A stretch of 64,000 nucleotides of DNA from Chlamydiota bacterium (GTDB lineage Bacteria; Chlamydiota; Chlamydiia; Chlamydiales; SM23-39): contig JBCAXK010000004.1 of NCBI GenBank assembly GCA_038534095.1, positions 1,300-65,299 of the forward strand, in the 5' to 3' direction. Position 1 is the stretch's first letter. Every line of letters begins with the position of its first letter. Positions 1 through 9,878 of the stretch are shown piece by piece. The position numbers were made by a program, and so were the translations under genes. The notes under the pieces are model-generated. The model was not told where the DNA came from. It was given only the letters and a program-made list of their open reading frames with translations, and ran no database searches.

Positions 1-1542
1 GATAAAATTCGGATCAATCCGGGAAACTTCGCTGACGTAAGAGCGCACTTACAGAAAAAAACCTACACAGAAAAAGAGTTTCAACAGGGCAGAGCGAGGA
101 TTGAGGAAAAATTCACCCCTTTGATCCATCTTTGCAAAAAAAACCGCGTTGCGATCCGTATAGGCACCAATCATGGTTCTTTATCAGATAGAATCATGAA
201 TACCTACGGAGACACTCCACAAGGGATGGTCGAATCTGCTGTAGAATTTGGAGAAATTTGTCGTAAAGAAGACTTTCATGATCTTGTTTTTTCTATGAAA
301 TCGAGCAACCCCTCTGTAATGATCACAGCCTACCGGCTGCTTGTAGAAAAAATGCTCACCTTGGGCTGGGATTATCCTTTGCATTTGGGAGTCACAGAAG
401 CGGGGAGTAAGATGGATGGAAGAATGAAATCGTTTGTCGGGATGGGAACGCTTCTCTTAGAGGGGATTGGTGATACGATCAGAGTCTCTCTTACCGAAGA
501 TCCTGTAGCAGAAATTGCTCCAGCAAAAGAGCTTGTTGCTTACTGCGAAGAGCAAAGCCGGCAAAAGCTCCCCCTTCTCACTACGTCTCCTAAAAGAAAA
601 AAACGCCTTTCTCGAAAAACCAAGACCTTTTCTCTGATTGTACCCCTATCTTTGAAAGAATTGGACGCGCCCGAACTCTTCTCGTCTTTAGGTTTTGAAG
701 AGGAAAAGGGGCAATATGTCACATCTGCGCAAACGCCCGATGGGATTTTTCTGCAAAAGTCCCCCGCTGCGGGCACGCAAGCTGCTGAGCAGATGCGCCA
801 GCTCTTAGCCGAAGGCGTAGATGTAGTGCTTCCAGCAGAAGTGGGTAGATGGACAAACATCTCTTTTGTGCAATCTGATCTTGCACGGAAACCTACCTAC
901 TTTCAGTGGCTACGGGGCAAAAACCGGAACAGAAAGCATCGTCTGGGGGATGAGCAGGAACAAATACAGTTCCTTCACTTGCAATCTCCAAGAGAGTATT
1001 GGGGCCGCGCTGCGCTAGAGAAAATCCCCGAAACAACCCAAGCCATTTTGTTTGCCAGGTACGGAAAAAACGAAGCGCTTGTTGGAGCCTCGACAGATTT
1101 AGGAGCCCTTTTATCCGATGGTTTTGGCGCAGGCATTTGTCTCGATCTGCCTCTTTCTGTAAGCGAAAGGCGCCTTTTTGCTTTTTCTCTTTTACAAGCA
1201 ACAAGATTACGTTCTTTCAAAACGGAGTTCATTTCTTGTCCTAGCTGCGGTAGAACGTTGTTTGATCTTGAAGAGGTTACAGAAAGGATTCGAAAAAAAA
1301 CGGGGCACTTGCCTGGAGTCAAGATCGCTGTTATGGGCTGCATTGTGAATGGACCTGGCGAAATGGCTGACGCCGATTTTGGTTACGTCGGTACCCGTCC
1401 GGGAAAAATCGATCTCTATATTGGAAAAACTCGGGTTAAACGGAATATCGATTCTGCGAGGGCAGAAGATGAGCTCATTGCTCTTATTCGGCAAGAAGGG
1501 AGGTGGGTTGAGCCAAAAGAACCCTCTTTGCCTACTATTTAG
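1..1542 (+). CDS. ispG: IspG/GcpE, 4-hydroxy-3-methylbut-2-enyl diphosphate synthase; 5' end cut by window edge; long form with internal insert domain
   Basis: Frame 1 is open from nt 1 (DKIRINPGNF...). Motifs seen: RIGTNHGSL, HLGVTEAG, and the C-terminal Fe-S region FISCPSCGRT...GCIVNGPGE. A roughly 250-aa insert lies between the barrel and the cluster domain, as in plant/chlamydial-type IspG. Confidence 0.9.
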   Translation, partial: DKIRINPGNFADVRAHLQKKTYTEKEFQQGRARIEEKFTPLIHLCKKNRVAIRIGTNHGSLSDRIMNTYGDTPQGMVESAVEFGEICRKEDFHDLVFSMKSSNPSVMITAYRLLVEKMLTLGWDYPLHLGVTEAGSKMDGRMKSFVGMGTLLLEGIGDTIRVSLTEDPVAEIAPAKELVAYCEEQSRQKLPLLTTSPKRKKRLSRKTKTFSLIVPLSLKELDAPELFSSLGFEEEKGQYVTSAQTPDGIFLQKSPAAGTQAAEQMRQLLAEGVDVVLPAEVGRWTNISFVQSDLARKPTYFQWLRGKNRNRKHRLGDEQEQIQFLHLQSPREYWGRAALEKIPETTQAILFARYGKNEALVGASTDLGALLSDGFGAGICLDLPLSVSERRLFAFSLLQATRLRSFKTEFISCPSCGRTLFDLEEVTERIRKKTGHLPGVKIAVMGCIVNGPGEMADADFGYVGTRPGKIDLYIGKTRVKRNIDSARAEDELIALIRQEGRWVEPKEPSLPTI

Positions 1543-2393
1543 TGAAACCTTTTTGACCAGAAGTGGCAGTAAGGCGCTTTCCCTGTTTTTTTGTAATAGT
1601 CTTGATGGTAGCTCTCTGCTTGGTAAAAAAGACTGGCCGGTCTGATGCTGGTCGCTACCTTCTCCCCTTGATTTTTGATCAGATCGACAACCTTCTCTGC
1701 AATGATCCGCTGTTTTTCGCTCAGATAAAAAATGGCAGAAAGGTACTGCCCTCCAATATCGGGTCCTTGCCCTGTAGTTTGGGTAGGATCGTGCAATTCA
1801 AAAAAACGTTTGGTGAGCGTTTCGTAAGAGATCTCGATCGGATCAAAAAGGATTTCTACCGCTTCGAGGTGACCTGTTTTGCCAGAGCATACCTCCTCAT
1901 AGGTGGGATAAACGACCTCTCCCCCTATGTAACCGGCACATGTTTGTAAAATGGGTAGCTCCTGAAACAGGTATTCTACACCCCAAAAGCAGCCGCCCGC
2001 ATAAATGGCTCGCTCTTTTCGTTCCTCTAAAAATGCGGGAGTAAAACGGAGCGAAGTGGAGTTGATGCAATACCGGGTATTCTTTTTTGTAAAATGTTCC
2101 CCTCGAAATACATGCCCCAAATGCGCATGACACCGGAAGCAGGCCACTTCCACCCTTTTTCCATCGGGGTCGGGCCTTTCTAGTAAAGAGGCCTCTTCTC
2201 CCTCATCAAATGAGGGCCAGCCGCAGCCACAAGTACATTGATTTTTTGAAGAAAATAGAGGGAGATCGCACTGTTTACAAAGATAAAAACCGGGCGCATC
2301 CCACTCTTCATAAGCTCCTTCGAACGGGGGATCGGTTTCTGCTTGTAGGATCACTCTTTGCTCCTCTTCAGAAAGAACATGCCAGCGTTGCAT
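1539..2393 (-). CDS. msrAB: Bifunctional methionine sulfoxide reductase, MsrB (N-terminal) fused to MsrA (C-terminal)
   Basis: The SelR/MsrB part has CxxC...CxxC zinc sites plus RCHAHLGHVF. The MsrA part has GGCFWGVE. ATG at 2393 is preceded by GGAG. The stop overlaps the ispG stop by 4 nt (convergent). Confidence 0.9.
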   Translation of the reverse strand: MQRWHVLSEEEQRVILQAETDPPFEGAYEEWDAPGFYLCKQCDLPLFSSKNQCTCGCGWPSFDEGEEASLLERPDPDGKRVEVACFRCHAHLGHVFRGEHFTKKNTRYCINSTSLRFTPAFLEERKERAIYAGGCFWGVEYLFQELPILQTCAGYIGGEVVYPTYEEVCSGKTGHLEAVEILFDPIEISYETLTKRFFELHDPTQTTGQGPDIGGQYLSAIFYLSEKQRIIAEKVVDLIKNQGEKVATSIRPASLFYQAESYHQDYYKKTGKAPYCHFWSKRFH

Positions 2394-2634
2394 TATTATC
2401 TCCTTATTTTATAAAATATTATCCATAAAAGGGAAAAATTTCAGATAAAGAATTTTTGCGGGCTTATTTTCTAAAAAATTTCTTTGATGCTAACAAGGTG
2501 TCGATTTTTTTAAAACAAACGGCAGACTGGCTGCATTTCCCTAAAAGATATTGATTTATGACGATGCAAGTTGCGATGAAGAGACCATTTCATTTTTGAT
2601 CCACTTGTGATGCTTTCGAGGAGTTTTTTTACAA

Positions 2635-3513
2635 ATGTTAATGAGCGTAGTACCAGTACCAGTCCCTGTTGTTGGCGGTTTTTTCTTTGTACCACAGGTT
2701 TTTGTTTCCAACTCGCATGCTGATGGGGGATCCCACTCTGTAAAAAAAGCCTTAGGCAGATCCTTGGAAGTTGTAAAAATCGTGATACAGCAAGCTTGTT
2801 TACGGGTTTTTTATGGTCTTACTTTTCTTTTTCAAATCGCTTTTCCTAAGACACATCTTTTTGCGAGAAACTGTCTTCTTGCTTCGAATAAAGCCTTTCT
2901 AGAGGCGTTTTCCTTTTCGAGCGTTTTGGAGAAAAGTTGGATTGATTGCTCAAAGGAAGAGCTAAAGTCTTGTTTACAAGAAATCCACAAAAAATATCTT
3001 CAGGAAAAGGATTCTGCGCAAGGTTTTGTGGTCAAAATTTTTGGGCTAAATGATTTCTCTGTGATCCCGAAATATGGTGACAGTCGAACTCTTACGCCCT
3101 GCGCGGAAAAAAGTCGCTGCGCCTTATGTAACATCAAGGCGATTTCCATACCGGGAAATGAATCTGCTGGAGGTTTGGGTGCAACCCAACATGCCTTTGT
3201 TCTTTTGAAGTCTCTTTCTGGTACTCCGCTCATCATCGATAAAAAGCAGCTTACCTACAATTGGTTCTATATGACCCCTAACGCGCAAGAACAGATGATC
3301 GAAGCAGCGCAGAAAGTAGCGAGAGTCCTGCCGAAAAATAGCACCAAACAGAGCTATTTAGAACTGCACTGCCATCCACCAGGACTGCAAAGCATCGGCC
3401 ATACGCATCTCCGTTTAGAAAAGCTCTATTTGGGGCAAAAGCCAACAAAGCAGATTTGGCATACGCTAGAATCTAACCTCCTTGCGATGAATCCGAAAAA
3501 AATGGGCGCTTAA
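2635..3513 (+). CDS. Hypothetical protein with hydrophobic N-terminus and a divergent HIT-like C-terminal domain
   Basis: 292-aa ORF. The C-terminal half aligns by eye to the HIT fold (CALCNI..., HAFVLLKS...PLIIDKK..., GLQSIGHTHLRLE versus GGQSVxHxHxHxx). Confidence 0.5.
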   Translation: MLMSVVPVPVPVVGGFFFVPQVFVSNSHADGGSHSVKKALGRSLEVVKIVIQQACLRVFYGLTFLFQIAFPKTHLFARNCLLASNKAFLEAFSFSSVLEKSWIDCSKEELKSCLQEIHKKYLQEKDSAQGFVVKIFGLNDFSVIPKYGDSRTLTPCAEKSRCALCNIKAISIPGNESAGGLGATQHAFVLLKSLSGTPLIIDKKQLTYNWFYMTPNAQEQMIEAAQKVARVLPKNSTKQSYLELHCHPPGLQSIGHTHLRLEKLYLGQKPTKQIWHTLESNLLAMNPKKMGA

Positions 3514-3611
3514 GCCCGTTTGCTGATTAGAATAACTGTTTTAGGATCGATTGTATAAGAAGAGAATTCTTACTACTGTTAAATCGTATGTTACAGGTAT
3601 ACTAAGTCCTT

Positions 3612-6176
3612 ATGTACGATCACAAAAAAATTGAACGCCGCTGGCAGGCGAACTGGCTACGCAATAAAACCTACCACTCTGTTGAAGATCCGAGCAAACC
3701 CAAATACTATATTTTGGATATGTTTCCCTATCCGTCAGGAGCAGGTCTCCATGTGGGGCATGTTACTGGCTATACGGCAACAGATATTCTTGCTAGGCAC
3801 ATGAGAACCAAGGGGTACCAGGTTCTGCATCCGATGGGTTGGGATAGTTTTGGCCTTCCTGCTGAGCAGTACGCGATTCGAACAGGCACCCATCCTAAAG
3901 TCACGACAGAAAAAAACATTGCTACCTACAGGCGGCAGCTCCAAGCGATGGGCTTTAGCTACGATTGGGATAGAGAGGTTACTACTTCTGAGGAGAAATA
4001 TTACAAGTGGACGCAGTGGATTTTTACAAAACTCTATGAAAAAGGTCTCGCTTATGAAGCGGAGATCCCTGTCAACTTTTGTCCTGCTATGGGAACCGTC
4101 TTAGCCAATGAAGAGATAGAAGATGGGAAATCAAAAGAGGGGGGATTCCCGATAGAAAGGCGCCCTCTTCGGCAGTGGATCCTAAGAATCACCGATTACG
4201 CAGAAAGGCTGTTAGAAGATTTAGAAGAGCTCGACTGGCCAGAACATCTAAAAAGATTGCAACGCAACTGGATTGGAAAAAGTTCTGGTTGTTCTATCGA
4301 TTTTCTTGAAGAGCGAACAGGGGAAGTGCTCTCCGCTTTTACCACAAGACCAGACACCCTTTTTGGCGTGAGCTATATTGTGCTTGCTCCGGAACACCCA
4401 ATGCTTGAGGCGTTGACAGAACCGTCTGCTAAAAAGGGTGTAGAAACGTATTGCGCTAAAGCGCGACAAAAAAGCGATCTTGAGCGAAAAGAAGGAAAAG
4501 AAAAAACGGGCGTCTTTACGGGCGCTTACGCGCTTCACCCCGTTACCGAGGAGAAGATTCCTATTTGGGTTGCAGATTATGTATTAGGGGATTATGGCTC
4601 AGGCGTTGTGATGGGCGTTCCTGCAAGCGATGAAAGGGATTTTGCCTTTGCAAAGAAATATCAACAAAAAATTCTTCCCATTTACCAGCCTAAGCCTTCA
4701 GCCCTTCCAGAAGGGATCTCATTAGAGGACTTTACAAAAGGTGTGATGGGCGGATCTATCTGCTACGCACATGAAGGCACGCTTATCAATAGCTTTGCAA
4801 AAGATTTGTCTTTAGATGGTTTGACGACGAAAAAAGCCAAAGAAACGGTGATGGACTGGCTGACAAAACAAGGAAAAGGGGAGCGGACTACTCATTATAA
4901 ATTGAGAGACTGGTTATTTTCTCGCCAAAGATATTGGGGAGAGCCGATTCCCATCCTGCATTTGGAAAATGGAGAAAAAAGAACGTTATCTCTTGATGAA
5001 CTTCCGCTAACCGCTCCAAGCGTGCAGGATTTTACTCCCACCCCGGATGGGAAAAGTCCTTTGGAAAGGGAACCTTCTTGGCTACAGATAAAAGATCCAA
5101 AAACAGGGCTTTTCGCGACAAGAGAAACCAATACCATGCCCCAGTGGGCTGGTTCTTGCTGGTATTACCTACGTTTTTTAGATCCCCTCAATGACAAAGA
5201 GCCTTGGAACGAAGAGAAAGAGCGTTATTGGATGCCTGTCGATCTCTATGTGGGAGGATCAGAGCACGCCGTGTTGCACCTTCTCTACGCAAGATTTTGG
5301 CATAAGGTGCTCTACGATTTAGGCCTTGTCCACACAAAAGAGCCGTTCCGCGTCTACCGCAATCAGGGACTACTCACCTCCCGCTCTTACCGAAAAAAGG
5401 GGGGAGGGTACGTATCTCCAGAGAATGTAGAACAGATCGGAGATACTTACGTAGATAAAACCACAAAAGAGCCGCTCATTTCGCAAATAGAAAAAATGTC
5501 CAAGTCTAAGCTCAACGGGGTGACTCCCGATGAGATGATTGATGAATATGGAGCAGATACTTTGCGACTCTACGAAATGTTCATGGGCCCCTTCGATAAG
5601 GACAAAGTGTGGAACTTAGAGGCAGCAAGCGGTTGCTACCGGTTTTTATGCCGTTTTTACGACTGCGTATTTTCGGAAAAAGTGGTCGATACTCAAGATG
5701 AAACTGCTCTTCGATTGGCCCATAAATTGGCGCATCTTGTTCGCCTTGATATTGAAAATATGCAATTCAATACGGCCATTTCCCATATGATGACCTTTTT
5801 GAACCATTTTATCCCCCTTGCTGCCTACCCAAAAGATGCGATTCTCTTAGCGGTGCAATCTCTTTACCCCTTTGCTCCTCACATTGCTTCGGAGATGTGG
5901 ACGCATCTCCAAGGAGCGGGAGATCTTTCTTACGCGCCTCTTATCGAAATAGATCCCCGCTATCTTGAGGAAAAAGAGGTGATCTATGTGATCCAAGTCA
6001 ATGGGAAAGTGCGCGCAAACCTTACGATGCCCAAAGGGGAAACAAAGGAGAGTCTTTTGCAAAAAGCGCAAGAAGAAGCGAATGTGCAAAAGCATCTTGT
6101 AGGAGAAATTCGTAAAGTCATTTTTGTCCCCAATAAATTGCTCAACCTTGTAGTCCATTCTAAAACCTCGGTTTAG
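3612..6176 (+). CDS. leuS: Leucine--tRNA ligase
   Basis: 854 aa. HIGH motif (PYPSGAGLHVGH) and KMSKS (EKMSKSKLNG) are present, with typical bacterial LeuRS sequence throughout. Confidence 0.96.
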   Translation: MYDHKKIERRWQANWLRNKTYHSVEDPSKPKYYILDMFPYPSGAGLHVGHVTGYTATDILARHMRTKGYQVLHPMGWDSFGLPAEQYAIRTGTHPKVTTEKNIATYRRQLQAMGFSYDWDREVTTSEEKYYKWTQWIFTKLYEKGLAYEAEIPVNFCPAMGTVLANEEIEDGKSKEGGFPIERRPLRQWILRITDYAERLLEDLEELDWPEHLKRLQRNWIGKSSGCSIDFLEERTGEVLSAFTTRPDTLFGVSYIVLAPEHPMLEALTEPSAKKGVETYCAKARQKSDLERKEGKEKTGVFTGAYALHPVTEEKIPIWVADYVLGDYGSGVVMGVPASDERDFAFAKKYQQKILPIYQPKPSALPEGISLEDFTKGVMGGSICYAHEGTLINSFAKDLSLDGLTTKKAKETVMDWLTKQGKGERTTHYKLRDWLFSRQRYWGEPIPILHLENGEKRTLSLDELPLTAPSVQDFTPTPDGKSPLEREPSWLQIKDPKTGLFATRETNTMPQWAGSCWYYLRFLDPLNDKEPWNEEKERYWMPVDLYVGGSEHAVLHLLYARFWHKVLYDLGLVHTKEPFRVYRNQGLLTSRSYRKKGGGYVSPENVEQIGDTYVDKTTKEPLISQIEKMSKSKLNGVTPDEMIDEYGADTLRLYEMFMGPFDKDKVWNLEAASGCYRFLCRFYDCVFSEKVVDTQDETALRLAHKLAHLVRLDIENMQFNTAISHMMTFLNHFIPLAAYPKDAILLAVQSLYPFAPHIASEMWTHLQGAGDLSYAPLIEIDPRYLEEKEVIYVIQVNGKVRANLTMPKGETKESLLQKAQEEANVQKHLVGEIRKVIFVPNKLLNLVVHSKTSV

Positions 6177-6188
6177 AGGCAAAGTCTC

Positions 6189-7439
6189 ATGTACAACGTT
6201 TTCCTTGCCTGTTTGCTGGTTCTTCTCGCTCCAAAAACATTGCGCAAAAGGGACAAAAGAAGACACGCCTATAGAAGATGCTTCCTTCCTAAATTTCATC
6301 TGCCGAAACAAGCTATCTGGATTCATGGGGTGTCCCTTGGGGAAGTCTACGCCGCAAGACCTCTCATCGCTGCCATCAAGAAAGAACACCCAGGCATTCC
6401 CATTGTACTTTCTTCTTCTACAAATACGGGCATGCAAGCAGCGGAGTCGATCAAAGGACTGGCAGCGAGCTTTCTTCTTCCCTTCGATTTTTCCTTTTTG
6501 ATGAGACCCCTTTTGCGCCGCCTTCAGCCTAAAACGCTTCTTTTAATCGAAGGGGATTATTGGAAAAACCTTATTTACTACACAAAAAAGCAGAATGCGA
6601 AACTATTTTTAGTGAGCGGGAAAATGTCTCTTAGGTCGGCAAGGAGACTCGCGAAGGTGCCCTTTTGGGGAAGAACGATCTTTACAAAATTTGATGGGAT
6701 TTTTGTTCAAAATCAGGAGTATGAAAAACGGTTTTTGCAAGCAGGCGCTCCTAAAGATTGCGTAGAAGTGACAGGGAACATCAAGTACTGCGCAAGTCTT
6801 CCCAAGCTCTCAGACGAAGAAGTAACCCGTTGGAAACGCCGTTTTGGGATGAAAGAAAAGGAGCTTGTCATCACGATCGGATCTACCCATTTTCCCGAAG
6901 AGTTGCTCCTTTTGGAGAAACTTCTCCTATTGTGGAAAACGTTTCCCCAGATAAAAGTGTTGCTCGCTCCTAGGCATCCTGAAAGATTTGAGGAAGTGGC
7001 GACTCTTTTAAGAGAAAAAAAAATCCCCTTTGCGAAGTACACAAAAGAAAAAATATCTACAGAAAAGCCATTGATCCTGATCGATACCATGGGACTCCTT
7101 GCAACTTGCTACGCGGTATCTGACGCTGCAATTGTTGGAGGCAGTTATGTCGACAACATCGGGGGGCACAATGTACTCGAACCAAACTTTTCTGGTACGC
7201 CCGTTTTTTATGGCCCTTTTATGCATGGACAAAAAGATTTAGCGCACCTTGTGGAAAACGCCAAAAGTGGCAAGGTTCTACAAGAACACGAGCTGGTGCC
7301 CTTCTTTACCGAGTACTTTGCCTGCCCCAAAGAAAAACACCGCATGAAAAACGCTGCTACTCAGCTGATTTCTTCGTTAGACGAAAATCTTGCAGGAACA
7401 ATCCAACGTTTTACCGAGTATGGCGCTTTTGTTCGGTAA
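6189..7439 (+). CDS. waaA: 3-deoxy-D-manno-octulosonic acid (Kdo) transferase
   Basis: 416 aa. N-terminal anchor followed by IWIHGVSLGE and a C-terminal GT-B region (VGGSY...GGHNVLEP), typical of KdtA/WaaA. It starts 12 nt after leuS. Confidence 0.85.
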   Translation: MYNVFLACLLVLLAPKTLRKRDKRRHAYRRCFLPKFHLPKQAIWIHGVSLGEVYAARPLIAAIKKEHPGIPIVLSSSTNTGMQAAESIKGLAASFLLPFDFSFLMRPLLRRLQPKTLLLIEGDYWKNLIYYTKKQNAKLFLVSGKMSLRSARRLAKVPFWGRTIFTKFDGIFVQNQEYEKRFLQAGAPKDCVEVTGNIKYCASLPKLSDEEVTRWKRRFGMKEKELVITIGSTHFPEELLLLEKLLLLWKTFPQIKVLLAPRHPERFEEVATLLREKKIPFAKYTKEKISTEKPLILIDTMGLLATCYAVSDAAIVGGSYVDNIGGHNVLEPNFSGTPVFYGPFMHGQKDLAHLVENAKSGKVLQEHELVPFFTEYFACPKEKHRMKNAATQLISSLDENLAGTIQRFTEYGAFVR

Positions 7440-7496
7440 ACTTCTTGTCGTAAACTTGCCTTTTTGTTAATCTCTTAGGTAAGTTCGATAAATGAT

Positions 7497-7569
<73 letters not shown>

Positions 7570-7576
7570 TTTTTTC

Positions 7577-7650
7577 GGCGGTATAGCTCAGTTGGTTAGA
7601 GCAGCGGAATCATAATCCGCGTGTCGGCGGTTCGAGTCCGTCTACCGCTA
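7577..7650 (+). tRNA. tRNA with CAT anticodon, elongator Met (tRNA-Ile2/lysidine cannot be excluded by eye)
   Basis: Acceptor GGCGGTA/TACCGCT, D arm AGCTCAGTTGGTTAGAGC, anticodon arm GCGGA-ATCATAA-TCCGC, T arm GGCGG-TTCGAGT-CCGTC. It lies 7 nt after the first tRNA. Confidence 0.8.
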
Positions 7651-7875
7651 CATTGCAACGTTTTCTCAATTTAGATAAAAATATATCTAGGTTTTATCTA
7701 GCGCTATACGATTATCACCTCATTTTAGATTAGCAAATATTTACTATCGAATTTTCGCTAGATAGATGCATAAATTGGCATAATTAGATTGCGATGATTT
7801 TAGAGAATCGTCTTGATTTTTCCTTAAAGGAAACGGGTAATACCCGTATAGTCTTAAGAAAATAGATCGAGTTAC

Positions 7876-9054
7876 ATGTCAGAGTCTTACAAATTCCCTA
7901 CAGCCCCTCCTTCTCTTTGGACTCTCATCTTTTTACTATCGTTTCCTGCTGTAGCTGCCATTTTTTTTACGCCAAGTCTTCCTGCCATTATGGAAGAGTT
8001 CCAGTTATCAAAAGCAGAAGTTTCTTTAGCAGTGACCGCTTTTCTCCTCTGTTATGGGGTTTCTCAGCTATTGTACGCTCCTATTGCAAATAAGTTTGGT
8101 AGGAAAAATGCCTTGTATGTAGGCATTTTTTTGGCCATCGTGAGTTCCCTACTAGGAGCTTTTTCTGCCGATGTGAGTTTTCGATTGCTCGTATTTGCAA
8201 GGGCGTTACAGGGACTAGGTTCGGGAGCAGGGCTGAACATCACGTTTACCATCATCAACGACTTTTATTATAAAGAACAAGCAAGAAGAATTCTTCCCCT
8301 TGTTTCTCTCTCTTTTGCTACGCTTCCCGTTCTTGCTATGGTGGTTGCAGGCGTTTTCACTACGTACATCTCTTGGAAATCGGTGTTTTACGCTTTTGCG
8401 CTATACTCTTTATTCATTTTATGGAGAGTCAAAGACCTCCCTGAAACGTACTGTAAAAAAAGCGCGCAAGAGCTCACCATAAAAAGGGCGCTTCTTCACT
8501 ATAGTAAAGGGATAGTAGATCCTCGCCTTGTATCATACAGTCTCCTTTTTGGTTGCACAACTTCGATGATCTATCTTTTTGCAGCCAATGCTCCTATTCT
8601 CGTTGTGGAACGGTGGGGGTATTCTGCCTCTTTTTATGGATTGCTGAGCCTGATTCCTTCTCTTGGGTACGTAAGCGGGAATCTTCTTGCTAGGGGCTTG
8701 AGTTCGATCGCACAGCCTAGAAACGTGATGGCTTTAGGGATTGTCCTTATGTTGACAGCCACCTCGTTCATGCAGCATTTTTGGGAACAGCTTGGTATAA
8801 TAAGTCTATTTATTCCCGCCTATTTTTTGTATGTGGGCATTCCGCTCTCCCATACAAACGCTTCCCTCTTAGCGACTACCCATTTTGAAGACCGCTCTAG
8901 TGGGTCTAGCATCATGAGCTTTTGCAATGTGACCTTTGCGTTTGTTAGCGTTCAACTCGCTGAAGCTCTTCCAAAGGTTACGATCCCGATCGCTTTTTTT
9001 ACCCTTCTTGGACTTATGATGACGCTCTTTGTATATTCTCGTCACTACGATTGA
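7876..9054 (+). CDS. MFS transporter, DHA1/Bcr-CflA-like
   Basis: 392 aa with about 12 hydrophobic segments. MFS loop motif APIANKFGRKNALYVG lies between TM2 and TM3. Confidence 0.7.
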   Translation: MSESYKFPTAPPSLWTLIFLLSFPAVAAIFFTPSLPAIMEEFQLSKAEVSLAVTAFLLCYGVSQLLYAPIANKFGRKNALYVGIFLAIVSSLLGAFSADVSFRLLVFARALQGLGSGAGLNITFTIINDFYYKEQARRILPLVSLSFATLPVLAMVVAGVFTTYISWKSVFYAFALYSLFILWRVKDLPETYCKKSAQELTIKRALLHYSKGIVDPRLVSYSLLFGCTTSMIYLFAANAPILVVERWGYSASFYGLLSLIPSLGYVSGNLLARGLSSIAQPRNVMALGIVLMLTATSFMQHFWEQLGIISLFIPAYFLYVGIPLSHTNASLLATTHFEDRSSGSSIMSFCNVTFAFVSVQLAEALPKVTIPIAFFTLLGLMMTLFVYSRHYD

Positions 9055-9775
9055 GTTCTGCGAGTTTGGCATATTTGTAGTAACTAGAAAGCCCTTTATA
9101 GAAAGAAATTGTCCATCCTGCGCTTCCAAATAGGCACCCTTTTTGCAAAATATAGGCACGAAAAAAGCTCCATAGTCCCCGAAACGCCGCTTTTTTGTAA
9201 GAGGAGGGGGTCCCGTGGTGCTGTTTGGCATAAAGGTCTGTGTAGTACTGCAGCTTCTCGATAAAATCCCTTTCTTCTAAGAAAGGGGTGTGGAGTAGAG
9301 AGCCTGGAAAGTACTTCATCTCAAAGCCCTTTGTTTCTATTTTTTCATGAACGAAATCCTCTGTGAATGCGGTCTTTTTTCTATGGTAAAGACGGATCCT
9401 TTTTTCATCGTTCCATCCTGAACAGGTGATTTTTTTTCCTCGGAAATAGTTCTCTCGCACAAGGCCATAAACGCAATTAGGATCTAAAGAGGCGGTCCTG
9501 ATGGCATGTTCTAAAGAAGGAGAAAGCGCTTCATCGCTGTCAATGGATAAAATCCAGTCATGCCTCGCTTCCAAACTAGCCGCATTTCTCGTGGGACCAA
9601 AAGTGGAAAATTTTTTTGCTAGAACGCGAACATTGGAATAACTATTTGCAATTTCCAACGTCTGATCAGAAGATCCGGTATCCACAATCAACACTTCTGG
9701 GAATTTTGCGAGTGAGCGCAGGGTGTTTGCGAGCGTTCTAGCGCTATTTTTTGTAAGAATAACAACAGAAATCAT
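9014..9775 (-). CDS. Glycosyltransferase family 2 (LPS-core type)
   Basis: The N-terminus ISVVILTKNSARTL...LIVDTGSSD and the SIDSDE (DxD-like) motif are typical of GT2. Its 3' end overlaps the convergent MFS gene by 41 nt. Confidence 0.75.
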   Translation of the reverse strand: MISVVILTKNSARTLANTLRSLAKFPEVLIVDTGSSDQTLEIANSYSNVRVLAKKFSTFGPTRNAASLEARHDWILSIDSDEALSPSLEHAIRTASLDPNCVYGLVRENYFRGKKITCSGWNDEKRIRLYHRKKTAFTEDFVHEKIETKGFEMKYFPGSLLHTPFLEERDFIEKLQYYTDLYAKQHHGTPSSYKKAAFRGLWSFFRAYILQKGCLFGSAGWTISFYKGLSSYYKYAKLAELNRSDENIQRASS

Positions 9776-9878
9776 TTCAAAGTAACAAAAATATAAAAAA
9801 TAGAATATATATTTTTAAGAATTCTAACGCTTAAAATTATTGAATAGATAAGATAAACTATATACGAAGGATTTTCTT

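Noticed and set aside
5847-6437. 196-aa minus-strand ORF spanning the leuS-waaA junction
   Set aside because: It is antisense to two well-supported conserved genes, and its product has no recognisable features.
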